DNA from: a phage | Direction: 5' to 3' (one strand) | Length of the DNA: 64,000 nucleotides | Assembly (NCBI GenBank): GCA_012813795.1 | Contig: GCA_012813795.1_4087.1 | Shown here: positions 48,664 through 57,554 of the stretch, one piece after another | How the letters are laid out: every line of letters starts with the position of its first letter | How positions within the stretch are numbered: position 1 is the stretch's first letter | Notes under the pieces: generated by a model | Seen by the model: the letters and a program-made list of their open reading frames with translations, nothing else | Told to the model about the DNA's origin: nothing | Databases searched by the model: none | Position numbers and translations under genes: made by a program

Positions 48664-48843
48664 TTAGCGGTAGTCGTCGTATGCTTTATTCAACTGGCGA
48701 ATGTAACTTTCAAAGGCTTCGTCTACCGTTTCATACTCCAGAACATAATCACCATAGGAAACTACATACATACCTTTTTGATCTTCAAACGTCATGATGA
48801 TAGAATCCAGACCAACGATTTCAGTTTTTGCGATGATAGCCAT
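48664..48843 (-). CDS. hypothetical protein
   Basis: Track ORF trimmed to MAIIAKTEIVG...; extension translates a promoter module repeated four times in the window. Confidence 0.55.
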   Translation of the reverse strand: MAIIAKTEIVGLDSIIMTFEDQKGMYVVSYGDYVLEYETVDEAFESYIRQLNKAYDDYR

Positions 48844-48925
48844 TTTTAATTCCTTAGTAGTGTAGTTGATAAAATCTATTATGCCAGTACTATCAATCTT
48901 TGTCAATAGTACTGTGATAATATTT

Positions 48926-49138
48926 TTAGTTAATGATAGTCAGTGTAAAATTGTAATCCCCTGCCTGGTATAGTATTTTGTCGCCGAACGTACCAACACG
49001 TTTCATATTGCAATAGATACCCATAACATTTTTTACATCTTTGATATTCCGAACGCCTGTGATATCCTTGTTGAAATTTTCATGATCAGAAAATAAAACT
49101 TGTTTTGCATTTTTCAGTACAGTGCAGATATTAGCCAT
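48926..49138 (-). CDS. hypothetical protein
   Basis: Track ORF trimmed to internal Met (MANICTVLKNAKQ). Confidence 0.55.
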   Translation of the reverse strand: MANICTVLKNAKQVLFSDHENFNKDITGVRNIKDVKNVMGIYCNMKRVGTFGDKILYQAGDYNFTLTIIN

Positions 49139-49217
49139 TTTGTTTTCCTTAGTTGTCTTGATAAAATCTATTATGCCAGTACTATCAATCATTGTCAATA
49201 GTACTGTGATAATAATT

Positions 49218-49577
49218 TTAATCCTGTAAACCGTTCGGGAAGAAATCGAGGCGATCATCGTCGTTCTCGCGTTCGGCGTAAGCACTTTCTAACGCCTCGC
49301 CAGTGTGATCATCAGTTAGATAATCATCCTCATAGTTCACATCCACACCAGTGATGAAAAACTGGCTATCGTCTGGATCATTGAAATTAATTTTCTGAAT
49401 GTTTACAATAACTGTATTGATTCCCAGGACACCGCCATCAGCCGTTACAAAGTACTGATAGTTTTCACATCCACCACTATTGAAACCGTAATTGATTTCG
49501 GCCCGACCATCATTTAAACGCAGTGCCTGGGCGATGATTTCGTTTTCAAAGTTAGATTGAGCAATTGAGATAGTCAT
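49218..49577 (-). CDS. hypothetical protein
   Basis: Track ORF trimmed to MTISIAQSNF... Confidence 0.6.
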   Translation of the reverse strand: MTISIAQSNFENEIIAQALRLNDGRAEINYGFNSGGCENYQYFVTADGGVLGINTVIVNIQKINFNDPDDSQFFITGVDVNYEDDYLTDDHTGEALESAYAERENDDDRLDFFPNGLQD

Positions 49578-49699
49578 GATTCGTTTCCTTATTACCAGGG
49601 GAAACCGTTTCCCCTCTCGATGTAAAACATTATACGCCAATTGAGATAGTTTGCAAGTACTTTTTAAAAATAGTTTTCAGTACTCAATACTTATATAAT

Positions 49700-49800
49700 A
49701 GATACACTTATGCACCCGGTGGGCTAGTGAGCTATCTCTCAATGAATATATAATAGCAAAATGGCTGACCGAAGTCAACCACTTTTTTCATTTATTTTTT
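49700..49800. repeat. conserved inter-gene boundary element, copy 4
   Basis: Same unit; the hairpin here shows compensatory substitutions (TGGCTGAC..GTCAACCA) relative to copies 1-3, consistent with selection for the structure. Confidence 0.6.
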
Positions 49801-49926
49801 AGCTTTTAGAATCGCCGCCTTTCGCGTCATGCCTTGCTTGATGTACTCCTTTACTTTCGCTTTACGTGCTTTCGCTTTATCTGCTTTCGTTTTAGGAGTA
49901 CTGTAAATTAAACCGTTAGGATTCAT
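49792..49926 (-). CDS. small Lys-rich basic protein (44 aa), not in ORF track
   Basis: Hand-translated MNPNGLIYSTPKTKADKAKARKAKVKEYIKQGMTRKAAILKAKK; TAAATG junction with the upstream small gene. Confidence 0.4.
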   Translation of the reverse strand: MNPNGLIYSTPKTKADKAKARKAKVKEYIKQGMTRKAAILKAKK

Positions 49927-50016
49927 TTAAATCACCATAAAGAATAGATATGTTACTAACAATACCGCGATCAATGCACCGCCCAGGGCCGAACTGTAAT
50001 AAGCTAATGATTTCAT
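49927..50016 (-). CDS. small hydrophobic peptide (29 aa), not in ORF track
   Basis: Hand-translated MKSLAYYSSALGGALIAVLLVTYLFFMVI, a single predicted TM helix; ATGA overlap with the upstream gene. Confidence 0.35.
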   Translation of the reverse strand: MKSLAYYSSALGGALIAVLLVTYLFFMVI

Positions 50017-50165
50017 TTTTTAGCCTGAAAATAATGTTTAATTTGAGCGGCGGTCAGTGCACAATTACGCAGGAAGTTTTCTGTATAACTGCGGCGAGTA
50101 CTGAAAGAAAATTGACCTTTGCCGTTGCCGATAGTAACATCAAACCGAGCATTATATTGTTTCAT
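50013..50165 (-). CDS. small protein (50 aa), not in ORF track
   Basis: Hand-translated MKQYNARFDVTIGNGKGQFSFSTRRSYTENFLRNCALTAAQIKHYFQAKK; AAGGAGA SD; promoter module upstream. Confidence 0.45.
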   Translation of the reverse strand: MKQYNARFDVTIGNGKGQFSFSTRRSYTENFLRNCALTAAQIKHYFQAKK

Positions 50166-50247
50166 TTTGATTCTCCTTGTATCAGGGGAGAACCATTTCC
50201 CCCCTCTATGTAAAACATTATACAGTACTAAAAACTAATTGCAAGTA

Positions 50248-50394
50248 TTATTTTTTAGATTTACGCAAACTTTCTACCATCTCAGGAGTAAGGCCCGGCG
50301 GGTAGGAAACCACTTCATCAACGAAACGTAAAGGGAATACCCCAGCGAAAGGTGAACATGCTTTCTTGGTATTACTCTTTTTTGATGCTTTCAT
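50248..50394 (-). CDS. small protein (48 aa), not in ORF track
   Basis: Hand-translated codon by codon: MKASKKSNTKKACSPFAGVFPLRFVDEVVSYPPGLTPEMVESLRKSKK; AAGGA SD. Confidence 0.45.
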   Translation of the reverse strand: MKASKKSNTKKACSPFAGVFPLRFVDEVVSYPPGLTPEMVESLRKSKK

Positions 50395-50476
50395 TTCATA
50401 TTCCTTAATTAGTGGGGAGAACCATTTCTCCCCTCTATGTAAAACATTATACAGTACTGAAAACTAATTGCAAGTA

Positions 50477-50719
50477 TTATTTTAAACTTTGTGCGACTAA
50501 TTTCGCACGGTCAATCATATACTGCCATTTTTGGATCTCTTCTGGTAGAAAACGATATTCACCAATAACAATAGTGATACACTTTTCAGCCTGGTCAATG
50601 TATGTAGTATCAATCTCGACTTGAACGGGTACACGTTCGCCGTATTCAGTTCCTGGGATAATACAATCATTATCATAAGTAACAGTAGTTGCAGTGTCTT
50701 TGATTAAAATGGTTTCCAT
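50477..50719 (-). CDS. hypothetical protein
   Basis: Track ORF trimmed to METILIKDTA... Confidence 0.6.
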   Translation of the reverse strand: METILIKDTATTVTYDNDCIIPGTEYGERVPVQVEIDTTYIDQAEKCITIVIGEYRFLPEEIQKWQYMIDRAKLVAQSLK

Positions 50720-50771
50720 TATACTTTCCTCGTTAGGTGTAAGGGGAAAAAGTTTCCCCTCTATGTAAAAC

Positions 50772-50799
50772 ATTATACAGTACTGAAAACTAATTGCAA
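50772..50799 (-). promoter_or_regulatory. sigma70-like early promoter (module copy)
   Basis: Minus strand TTGCAA-N16-TATAAT, then GGGGAAAC..TTTCCCC hairpin, then GAGGAA SD. Confidence 0.6.
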
Positions 50800-50999
50800 G
50801 TATTATTTTCTAAAAAATGATTGTATGCTGCATCAACCACTCTTTCGATAACATACGCCATCGGCACGTATCCAACTACATGACTACAATAGAAAGGACT
50901 ACGATTAGAATCATCGTATGCAAATACTTTTTCAGGATCTGCATCAATCACATACATATTAACTTTGAGTATGTCAATCTTATCCTGTACAGTAAGCAT
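50790..50999 (-). CDS. hypothetical protein
   Basis: 69-aa minus ORF. Confidence 0.55.
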   Translation of the reverse strand: MLTVQDKIDILKVNMYVIDADPEKVFAYDDSNRSPFYCSHVVGYVPMAYVIERVVDAAYNHFLENNTCN

Positions 51000-51004
51000 A
51001 TTAA

Positions 51005-51259
51005 TTAACCTTTTAAGTACTGGCTCAAATAGTCTTTTTGTTCTTCGGTGATTGGCGGCATCTTCCCTAGTACTGGATTGATGATATAATCCCCTGTAAC
51101 GTCATGATCCGCGTTCTCAGTACTAGCAACCGGACGAATACGGGCCATCGCCTGGGCTTGTTCTACGCTGTATTGTTCGTATAGTCTGCATTCTTCCGGT
51201 GTAGGCATTACATCGCTACGCTGCATAGGTTTAATGATGCTTTCTTGATTAACGTTCAT
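51005..51259 (-). CDS. hypothetical protein
   Basis: 84-aa minus ORF. Confidence 0.55.
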   Translation of the reverse strand: MNVNQESIIKPMQRSDVMPTPEECRLYEQYSVEQAQAMARIRPVASTENADHDVTGDYIINPVLGKMPPITEEQKDYLSQYLKG

Positions 51260-51310
51260 GGTATTATCCTCAATATTAGCGGCCTAAATCGACCGCTAAC
51301 GATGTTTTGA

Positions 51311-51580
51311 TTAATAGGTGTATGGTTGACGCTCAAACAATGATTGCACGTTGTACGCCCCGCTAATGGGCTTCGCTGGCAAATCAATTTTATATTGCTC
51401 ACGCTTAAAGATGATAAAACGACAATTGTTCTTAATATCAAAATTGATTGAACGTTCCAGGAGTTTTCCATCGTGCACAAATACAAGATAACCGCTTGCT
51501 ACTTGTTTTGTAGTACTGGTTGCAACCATCGACCGACGAACATGCGTACCTGCATCGATTAAAGTACTGATATTTTTCAT
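51311..51580 (-). CDS. hypothetical protein
   Basis: 89 aa; preferred over overlapping 51256..51486 because of AAGAGGA SD. Confidence 0.55.
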   Translation of the reverse strand: MKNISTLIDAGTHVRRSMVATSTTKQVASGYLVFVHDGKLLERSINFDIKNNCRFIIFKREQYKIDLPAKPISGAYNVQSLFERQPYTY

Positions 51581-51660
51581 TTTACTATCCTCTTAATTTG
51601 ATTTAATTTCTTTCCCCTATGCAGACACTATATCAAAGTATCTGCATAAAGTAAAGCTAA

Positions 51661-51984
51661 TTAAAGATCTTTTTTGCGTTTAACATTCTGTACAGTACAA
51701 TGCAACGGGATAGACAAATCATTACACAAACGATAGAGGGAGGTTTCAACAGTATCAAGCCCGTCTACTGATTCCTTTAAGAGATCTAACGCCGTTTGTT
51801 GATATGCATCTTCATAGCCATAAGTAAATGATTCAACCGCCAGATCATTCACACCGTTATCCAGTTCAACGCTTACATGACAAGAATGATAAGTATTGCC
51901 ATATGAATCAGTCCAACGTTTACCGTCAACATTGATTGCACGGATTGCAGCCAGGGAAACGGTGTTAATGATAGTTTTAGCCAT
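51661..51984 (-). CDS. hypothetical protein (paralog of 46057..46380)
   Basis: 107 aa. Confidence 0.6.
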   Translation of the reverse strand: MAKTIINTVSLAAIRAINVDGKRWTDSYGNTYHSCHVSVELDNGVNDLAVESFTYGYEDAYQQTALDLLKESVDGLDTVETSLYRLCNDLSIPLHCTVQNVKRKKDL

Positions 51985-52075
51985 TTTAGTATTCCTTAAA
52001 TTAATATGCGTTGTCTTGATAAAATCTATTATGCCAGTACTATCAAACTATGTCAATAGTACTGTGATAATATTT

Positions 52076-52288
52076 TTACTTACTTTCTTTAGCTGCTTTA
52101 TGTGCTTCCACTGCCATAACCACATCAGCACGAACAAAGTTAGCAACCGTATCAGTGTAATATTTGATTGCATCGTCAACTTCTGCGAACGTCCGATACA
52201 TACCACACCAAGATACTTTATAACCTGCTTTCACTTGTTCCAGCTTAACCAGTGATTTGTTTACTTTGATTTTAGTAATGATAGCCAT
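52076..52288 (-). CDS. hypothetical protein
   Basis: 70-aa minus ORF. Confidence 0.55.
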   Translation of the reverse strand: MAIITKIKVNKSLVKLEQVKAGYKVSWCGMYRTFAEVDDAIKYYTDTVANFVRADVVMAVEAHKAAKESK

Positions 52289-52370
52289 TTTTTGTTTCCT
52301 CTTAGTTGTCTTGATAAAATCTATTATGCCAGTACTATCAAACTATGTCAATAGTACTGTGATAATATTT

Positions 52371-52514
52371 TTACTTACTTTTTGCTTTCTTTGATGCTTC
52401 AACCTGGTCAGCCCACTCTTTACCCCATACTTGAGCATTATAGTGATACTGACAAAGAGCAACGCCCCGCTTTAAACCAGTAATAGATTTTTTACCACAT
52501 TGACAAGTTTTCAT
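52371..52514 (-). CDS. small Cys-containing protein (47 aa), not in ORF track
   Basis: Hand-translated MKTCQCGKKSITGLKRGVALCQYHYNAQVWGKEWADQVEASKKAKSK; GAGGAA SD; promoter module upstream. Confidence 0.45.
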   Translation of the reverse strand: MKTCQCGKKSITGLKRGVALCQYHYNAQVWGKEWADQVEASKKAKSK

Positions 52515-52600
52515 TTTTCGTTTCCTCTTAGTGGGGAGAATCATTTCTCCCCTTGATGTAATGTATTATACTTTATCCGATTTACTTTGCAAGTACTTTT

Positions 52601-52828
52601 TTAATTTAATTCATCTAGGCAAAGGATACGATCTACACCTAAATCAGTTAAGCTAATAGACGGCACTTGATAGGTTTCAATGTATGCTACATCGGCCCAC
52701 TGACCGAACTCACCTGCCGCCCAGTTATACATTGCAAAATGTAATTCCGCACCTTTCTTATTAGTAATTACAGCAACAGTAGAAGAATTGCCAGTAGTAC
52801 CAGTTACGCGAGTGATTACGATAGCCAT
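52601..52828 (-). CDS. hypothetical protein
   Basis: 75-aa minus ORF. Confidence 0.55.
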   Translation of the reverse strand: MAIVITRVTGTTGNSSTVAVITNKKGAELHFAMYNWAAGEFGQWADVAYIETYQVPSISLTDLGVDRILCLDELN

Positions 52829-52898
52829 TGTTTTGATTCCTATTCAGTAGTTGATGTATGTATTATGTCAGTACTTAAAACTATTGTCAAACTATTTT

Positions 52899-53051
52899 TT
52901 AAAGTTTATCAATGATTGATGCCGTTTCATTGATAGTCTTGCCGTGTTTTGCACACGCGATAACTGCTTTAAATTCCTTTGATGACCAATCTTTTTTCCT
53001 GCATACTGACATTACTTGTAAAGTGAAACAATCCAGTTCATAAGTATTCAT
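52899..53051 (-). CDS. small protein (50 aa), not in ORF track
   Basis: Hand-translated MNTYELDCFTLQVMSVCRKKDWSSKEFKAVIACAKHGKTINETASIIDKL; GAGGA SD; promoter TTGCAC-N16-TATAAT. Confidence 0.45.
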   Translation of the reverse strand: MNTYELDCFTLQVMSVCRKKDWSSKEFKAVIACAKHGKTINETASIIDKL

Positions 53052-53220
53052 CTTTATATCCTCAGTTAGTTAAGGTGTCTCGCCTTGATGTAATTAATTA
53101 TACGCTAATCTCTTAATCGTGCAAGTACTTTTTATTAGTTTTTATAAAATACTTTTAACGCTCTCAATCGCATTCTAACGGCCTTAACGCCACCAGCTAG
53201 GGCGATGTATCACATAAACG

Positions 53221-53254
53221 AAAAAAGCCCGTAGAATTGATTCTACGAGCTTTT
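53221..53254. terminator. bidirectional rho-independent terminator
   Basis: GCCCGTAGA..TCTACGAGC hairpin flanked by A6 and T4; 3' of the lipoprotein gene. Confidence 0.55.
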
Positions 53255-53270
53255 AAGCTGGTTGATTGTA

Positions 53271-53678
53271 TTACTTACAGTTATAGACTATGATCCCGAC
53301 CGTCCCGTGTCCAATGACTTCAACGTTATACACTAACTTGCCATTTACACGCTCGCGAGCATAAAAAACGCGTTCATTCTCGGCATCGCGATACGCTGAT
53401 AAAAATTTACGGTTTGGATACGCTTTCAGTACTGGCGACTCAGTGAAAAAGTCACCGATAACTACACTAAAATGATCCCCGTGTTCTGTTAATGGTATAC
53501 TACGCGGATCAGTAAATTGCGGACGGTTATCAATAACAAAATATGGATTCACTGTACAAATCTTATCGCCCATCTCTGAATAAGTTGGCTTAGGATCATT
53601 AGCCTGGATGGATGATTTAGGGGCCGTACATCCCACCGCCAACAGTACACAACTAATAACCGCAATTTTTTTAAACAT
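53271..53678 (-). CDS. lipoprotein (candidate superinfection-exclusion or receptor-blocking factor)
   Basis: 135 aa; signal peptide MFKKIAVISCVLLAVG|C with lipobox LLAVGC. Confidence 0.65.
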   Translation of the reverse strand: MFKKIAVISCVLLAVGCTAPKSSIQANDPKPTYSEMGDKICTVNPYFVIDNRPQFTDPRSIPLTEHGDHFSVVIGDFFTESPVLKAYPNRKFLSAYRDAENERVFYARERVNGKLVYNVEVIGHGTVGIIVYNCK

Positions 53679-53742
53679 AATGTTTACTCCTATAAAATTG
53701 TATTTAAAAGAAAATCCCCTAGCAATCAGGGGATTCGTTTGA

Positions 53743-54225
53743 TTATGCTACATCTTTACGGTGAGCTTCGATCCATTCCTCGCGAGTCATACCGCTGGCG
53801 TTAATCGCGTCCAGTACTACGGCAATGCAGTTACCGCGTACTGGTACAGTGTATTCCTCGCCATTATCCAGTACTACCGTGACACGTTCTTGAATCCATT
53901 TTTTAGCTTTTACTTCTGGCTTGTCTTCCCCGTATTTCGCTGCCAGGGCTTTACGGGCCATTTCGGTAACTACTTCCAGATCAAGCCCAGCGACGGCGGC
54001 GTTAATATCTTCAATCGTTTTCTGCAATTCTGCTTCGCGTGCTGCCTTCTCTGCTTCAATTGCCGCCGCTTTATTAGCTTGCAGTTCTTTCGCTTCGCTG
54101 TACGCAATGTTAAAATTGTTGCGTACTGCTTTCATGGTATCGCTATCCAGTTCAGCCAGGATCTCTGCCGCTACATTAGTTTCATTTGCTACCAGTGCTT
54201 TGATGAATGATTTTACGTTAGCCAT
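53743..54225 (-). CDS. hypothetical Ala/Glu-rich coiled-coil protein
   Basis: Track ORF begins at a TTG; ATG at 54225 (MANVKSFIKAL...) has GAGGAA SD; central AAAIEAEKAAREAELQK heptad-like region. Confidence 0.6.
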   Translation of the reverse strand: MANVKSFIKALVANETNVAAEILAELDSDTMKAVRNNFNIAYSEAKELQANKAAAIEAEKAAREAELQKTIEDINAAVAGLDLEVVTEMARKALAAKYGEDKPEVKAKKWIQERVTVVLDNGEEYTVPVRGNCIAVVLDAINASGMTREEWIEAHRKDVA

Positions 54226-54424
54226 TATGTAATTCCTCAATTAAAGTTTAGTTTACGTTAGATAGTGTATCAAAGTTTTCTCGACGTGTCCAGTTTTTCG
54301 TTCGACTTACTGGCGGTCTACTTAGTGCTCCCCGTCTTGATGTAATACATTCTACGCCTTTTTGTGGTAATGTCAACTACTTTTTTAAAACTATTTTCAA
54401 AGTATTCCAGTACTACGATACTAC

Positions 54425-54451
54425 AAAAACAAAAAAGCCCACCAGGTGGGC
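54425..54451 (-). terminator. rho-independent terminator
   Basis: GCCCACC-a-GGTGGGC hairpin followed on the minus strand by UUUUUUGUUUUUG; 3' of 54459..54689. Confidence 0.65.
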
Positions 54452-54458
54452 TATGTAC

Positions 54459-54689
54459 TTAATCAGTAAGTAAAATATTAAACACTTTGCCATTTAACGT
54501 TATTGGTGTACTGCTACCAGGCTTGAGATCAGTTAGTACACCTGCAATAGCTTTTTCATTGGCGACCTTTCCAGTGTCCAATAGTACTACAGTACTGATA
54601 AGATTAACGCTCGTTTCAATATCATAATGCACGGCGTTAAGGAGTTGTGTAGTACTTCCAGCGTTAAGTAAAACTATTCGCTTAGTCAT
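54459..54689 (-). CDS. hypothetical protein
   Basis: 76-aa minus ORF. Confidence 0.55.
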   Translation of the reverse strand: MTKRIVLLNAGSTTQLLNAVHYDIETSVNLISTVVLLDTGKVANEKAIAGVLTDLKPGSSTPITLNGKVFNILLTD

Positions 54690-54767
54690 GGTATTACCCC
54701 TTATACCAGGGGAACCGTTCCCCCTATGTAAAACATTATACGCGTTTAAAAACTATTGTATAGTACT

Positions 54768-55004
54768 TTATGATTTTTTATAAAACATTTCAGCAGTGAT
54801 ATTTTTACCCGTTGGTTGTACTTTATCCAGAATTTTTTGATGTCCAGGGCGACCAAATGAATAAGATCCGTAAACCGTAAACCAGTAGTTACCCTCAGTG
54901 TTTACATGTACAGCACAATAGGGAACGCCCCGCGATTCATCACTAGTAAAGTGTGCTACCGTTCCCGTTACATTCGAAGACGTTGATTTGATTTGTTCGA
55001 CCAT
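54768..55004 (-). CDS. hypothetical protein (paralog of 56154..56387)
   Basis: 78 aa; shares GVPYCAVHVNT.G.YW.TVYG.YSF.RP.H.KIL with 56154..56387. Confidence 0.6.
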   Translation of the reverse strand: MVEQIKSTSSNVTGTVAHFTSDESRGVPYCAVHVNTEGNYWFTVYGSYSFGRPGHQKILDKVQPTGKNITAEMFYKKS

Positions 55005-55112
55005 TTTCTTATTCCTTAGTTACCAGGGGAACCGCTCCCCCTATGCAAAACATTATACGCGTTTAAAAACTAATAGCAAGTATTTTAATAAAAAGTATTT
55101 GGAAAATAATTG

Positions 55113-55255
55113 TTGACAAGTGCATCCAGTACTGGCATAATTACTACATCAAGACGAAACAGTCACTAACCCACCGGGTGCCGAGATCCGTCTATTAAAT
55201 GATTCAGTACTGAAAAAGTAACGGGGAGTTATTATCTCCCCGCGTTGTTATTTTG
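55113..55255 (+). ncRNA. candidate plus-strand small RNA (box-containing)
   Basis: Only plus-strand unit with promoter-like TTGACA-N17-CATAAT (55113-55141); no ORF; contains conserved CCCACCGGGTGC box; ends at GGGGAG..CTCCCC hairpin (55223-55241). Confidence 0.35.
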
Positions 55256-55469
55256 TAAGGTATAAACAGAAGTCACCTTTATTTGCTACGCCGCCAGTGT
55301 AACGCGATGAATAGTTAGTAACGTCCTGGACTTCTGCTATTACCAGTGTATCATCATTCAATTCGTCGCAGAAGCAAACGGCTGGATCTTTTACGCCGAT
55401 ATTGTCGGCATGTTCCCGCATAGATTTAACCAGTGCTTCAAGTTGGGAAAGGGTAGTAATGTTAGCCAT
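55248..55469 (-). CDS. hypothetical protein
   Basis: Track ORF trimmed to MANITTLSQLE... Confidence 0.55.
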   Translation of the reverse strand: MANITTLSQLEALVKSMREHADNIGVKDPAVCFCDELNDDTLVIAEVQDVTNYSSRYTGGVANKGDFCLYLTK

Positions 55470-55555
55470 TGTATTTTCCTCATTACCAGGGAGAACCATT
55501 TCTCCCCTTGATGTAAACTATTATACAGTACTAAAAACTAATTGCAAGTACTTTT

Positions 55556-55759
55556 TTAATTTAATTGCTTTAACACATAATCATAAACACCACGCACATC
55601 ATTGATCATCGCCTCACGGTTAGCAGGTAACGCAGAAGGATCGCCACTATCCCAGGCATTGATAAAACTCCCCAAATCATGATAGATTTTATTTTGTAAG
55701 CCGATCAACTGTAATTCTTTTTCTTCAAGCTCTTTGATACGGTCGATTAAATCACTCAT
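55556..55759 (-). CDS. hypothetical protein
   Basis: 67 aa; SD GAGGATTATCTA shared with the upstream gene. Confidence 0.55.
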   Translation of the reverse strand: MSDLIDRIKELEEKELQLIGLQNKIYHDLGSFINAWDSGDPSALPANREAMINDVRGVYDYVLKQLN

Positions 55760-55776
55760 TAGATAATCCTCAGTAC

Positions 55777-56064
55777 TTAATTGTAAGATCCGCAGCGGTT
55801 GCAGTAGTTCCCGTCTTCCTCGTCATCGTCAACGAATTGACCGACGAAATGATCTACTTTCTCTTTGAGGCTTTTATAATCCTCTTCTACTTCCTTTAAA
55901 CGTTTCTGGTAGTATTCCAGGGCTTGCACATACGCCGCCTCAGCAGTTTTCTCCCGCATAGCTAAATTCATGCCGCGTGTTTCATCATAAAGCCAATAAC
56001 CATCGGTGCACTGGCTGATAGAAAATGATTTGGTTAACACTTTATAGTCAATTACTTTGCTCAT
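55777..56064 (-). CDS. hypothetical protein with C-terminal Cys pair
   Basis: 95 aa; acidic stretch then ...YCNRCGSYN. Confidence 0.55.
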   Translation of the reverse strand: MSKVIDYKVLTKSFSISQCTDGYWLYDETRGMNLAMREKTAEAAYVQALEYYQKRLKEVEEDYKSLKEKVDHFVGQFVDDDEEDGNYCNRCGSYN

Positions 56065-56153
56065 TAGATAATCCTCTGTAAATGCAGGGGAACCATTTCC
56101 CCCGCCTCGATATAAAGTATTATACTCGTTTAAACTTAGTATGCAAGTACTTT

Positions 56154-56387
56154 TTAGTGCTTAGTAAAATATTTTTCTGCGGTGATATCCTTTCCGGTAG
56201 GCTTCACTACTTCCAGGATCTTACTATGTGCCGGACGAGCAAACGAATACCCCCCGTATACAGTTAACCAATAGTCACCGTCAGTGTTTACGTGTACAGC
56301 ACAATAGGGTACACCTTTATCAGTATCAGCGATGGAATGTACTTTCGTTCCGGTCCGGCTTGTAGTCGTTTGAATTTGTTCGATCAT
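56154..56387 (-). CDS. hypothetical protein (paralog of 54768..55004)
   Basis: 77-aa minus ORF. Confidence 0.6.
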   Translation of the reverse strand: MIEQIQTTTSRTGTKVHSIADTDKGVPYCAVHVNTDGDYWLTVYGGYSFARPAHSKILEVVKPTGKDITAEKYFTKH

Positions 56388-56444
56388 GATGCTTACTCCT
56401 GGTTATAGGCGGGAACCACTCCCGCCATTGATTCAGTACTGAAA

Positions 56445-56675
56445 TTACATTCCAACCATTGCCGCACGAATTGCAGTAGTGCTATACTTAAAGCCGTCCG
56501 GCGTTGACTGACCGCGTAAAGTATCCATCATTAGCCGGGCGGCGGCATCGCGGTTATTTGTCTCATTGATGCAATCCAGGGCGTGACGATACAACCAGCT
56601 ATCATTGTTAATCCAAAGGCTTACATTCCAATGAGTTTTGTTTTTGTGACCTAAGAACATTTTTGATTTAGCCAT
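56445..56675 (-). CDS. hypothetical protein (paralog of 57230..57469)
   Basis: 76 aa; shares GHKNKT.WNVSLWINND..LYR and PDGFKYSTTAIRAAMVGM with 57230..57469. Confidence 0.6.
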   Translation of the reverse strand: MAKSKMFLGHKNKTHWNVSLWINNDSWLYRHALDCINETNNRDAAARLMMDTLRGQSTPDGFKYSTTAIRAAMVGM

Positions 56676-56880
56676 TTTGAAAATCCTCGTTTGATTTGAG
56701 CGGGGAACTATTCCCCGTCCTGATGTAAAACATTATACGCCTTTAAACATAGTTTGCAAGTACTTTTTAAAAATAGTTTTAATCACTTTCCTATAGATAC
56801 ACTCCCGCACCCTATGGGCTATCGCCTTGTATCCGGCTTGTAAGTATTATCTCACTAAGCCGGATAATGGTCAAGTACTT

Positions 56881-57147
56881 TTATTCAAGTACTGCAATCT
56901 TTTTAGTACGGTACACAGTAACACGGTTGCCCTTGCGGTCGTGCTTTATTTCTACCACTCGACGCGATACACTATCAGGACTTTTTAACGCCGATAACCA
57001 GTACTGTAACGATCTGGCGGTGCTACGCTTTACAATGACCCAACGTTCACCCCTGGCTGATTGTACGCCCATATCTTTAAACGTTGCACCGTCAACCTTT
57101 GCCGCTTGCCGAGCTTGTTCACGCGTTTCAAAGTATATAATATTCAT
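56881..57147 (-). CDS. hypothetical protein (paralog of 45566..45970)
   Basis: Track ORF trimmed to MNIIYFETREQARQ... Confidence 0.6.
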   Translation of the reverse strand: MNIIYFETREQARQAAKVDGATFKDMGVQSARGERWVIVKRSTARSLQYWLSALKSPDSVSRRVVEIKHDRKGNRVTVYRTKKIAVLE

Positions 57148-57229
57148 GCTGATACCCCATCGTTGATGTATGAATAAAATCCTATTATAAAGTACTATCA
57201 CCGTGCAATAGTACTTTAAATCTATTCTC

Positions 57230-57469
57230 TTACATTCCAACCATCGCGGCACGGATCGCCGTAGTGCTATACTTGAATCCGTCTGGAGTTTTATCTTGTC
57301 CAGTTTGCTCTAAAAATAGCATCATATGACGGGCCGCATCATTACGATTAGTATTAGCGTCGATAAATTCTTTCGCCAGACGATACAATGACTCATCGTT
57401 ATTAATCCAAAGGCTTACATTCCACTGAGTTTTGTTTTTGTGACCGTTGAAAGTTTTAGTAGTAGCCAT
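57230..57469 (-). CDS. hypothetical protein (paralog of 56445..56675)
   Basis: 79-aa minus ORF. Confidence 0.6.
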   Translation of the reverse strand: MATTKTFNGHKNKTQWNVSLWINNDESLYRLAKEFIDANTNRNDAARHMMLFLEQTGQDKTPDGFKYSTTAIRAAMVGM

Positions 57470-57554
57470 AATTAAAAATCCTCTTAATTATAGTGGGGAA
57501 CTATTCCCCACCTGATAGAAAGTATTATACGCCTTTAAACTTAGTTTGCAAGTA

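Noticed and set aside
49950-50213. Plus-strand ORF (87 aa)
   Set aside because: Antisense to three SD-preceded small minus-strand genes found by hand translation.
53743-54225. H-NS-like nucleoid protein call for the Ala/Glu-rich coiled-coil protein
   Set aside because: The C-terminus lacks the H-NS DNA-binding signature (TWTGQGRTP-type), so only a generic coiled-coil description is supported.
53761-54232. Plus-strand ORFs (149 and 103 aa) opposite 53743..54225
   Set aside because: Antisense shadow ORFs in a GC-richer coding stretch; no RBS.
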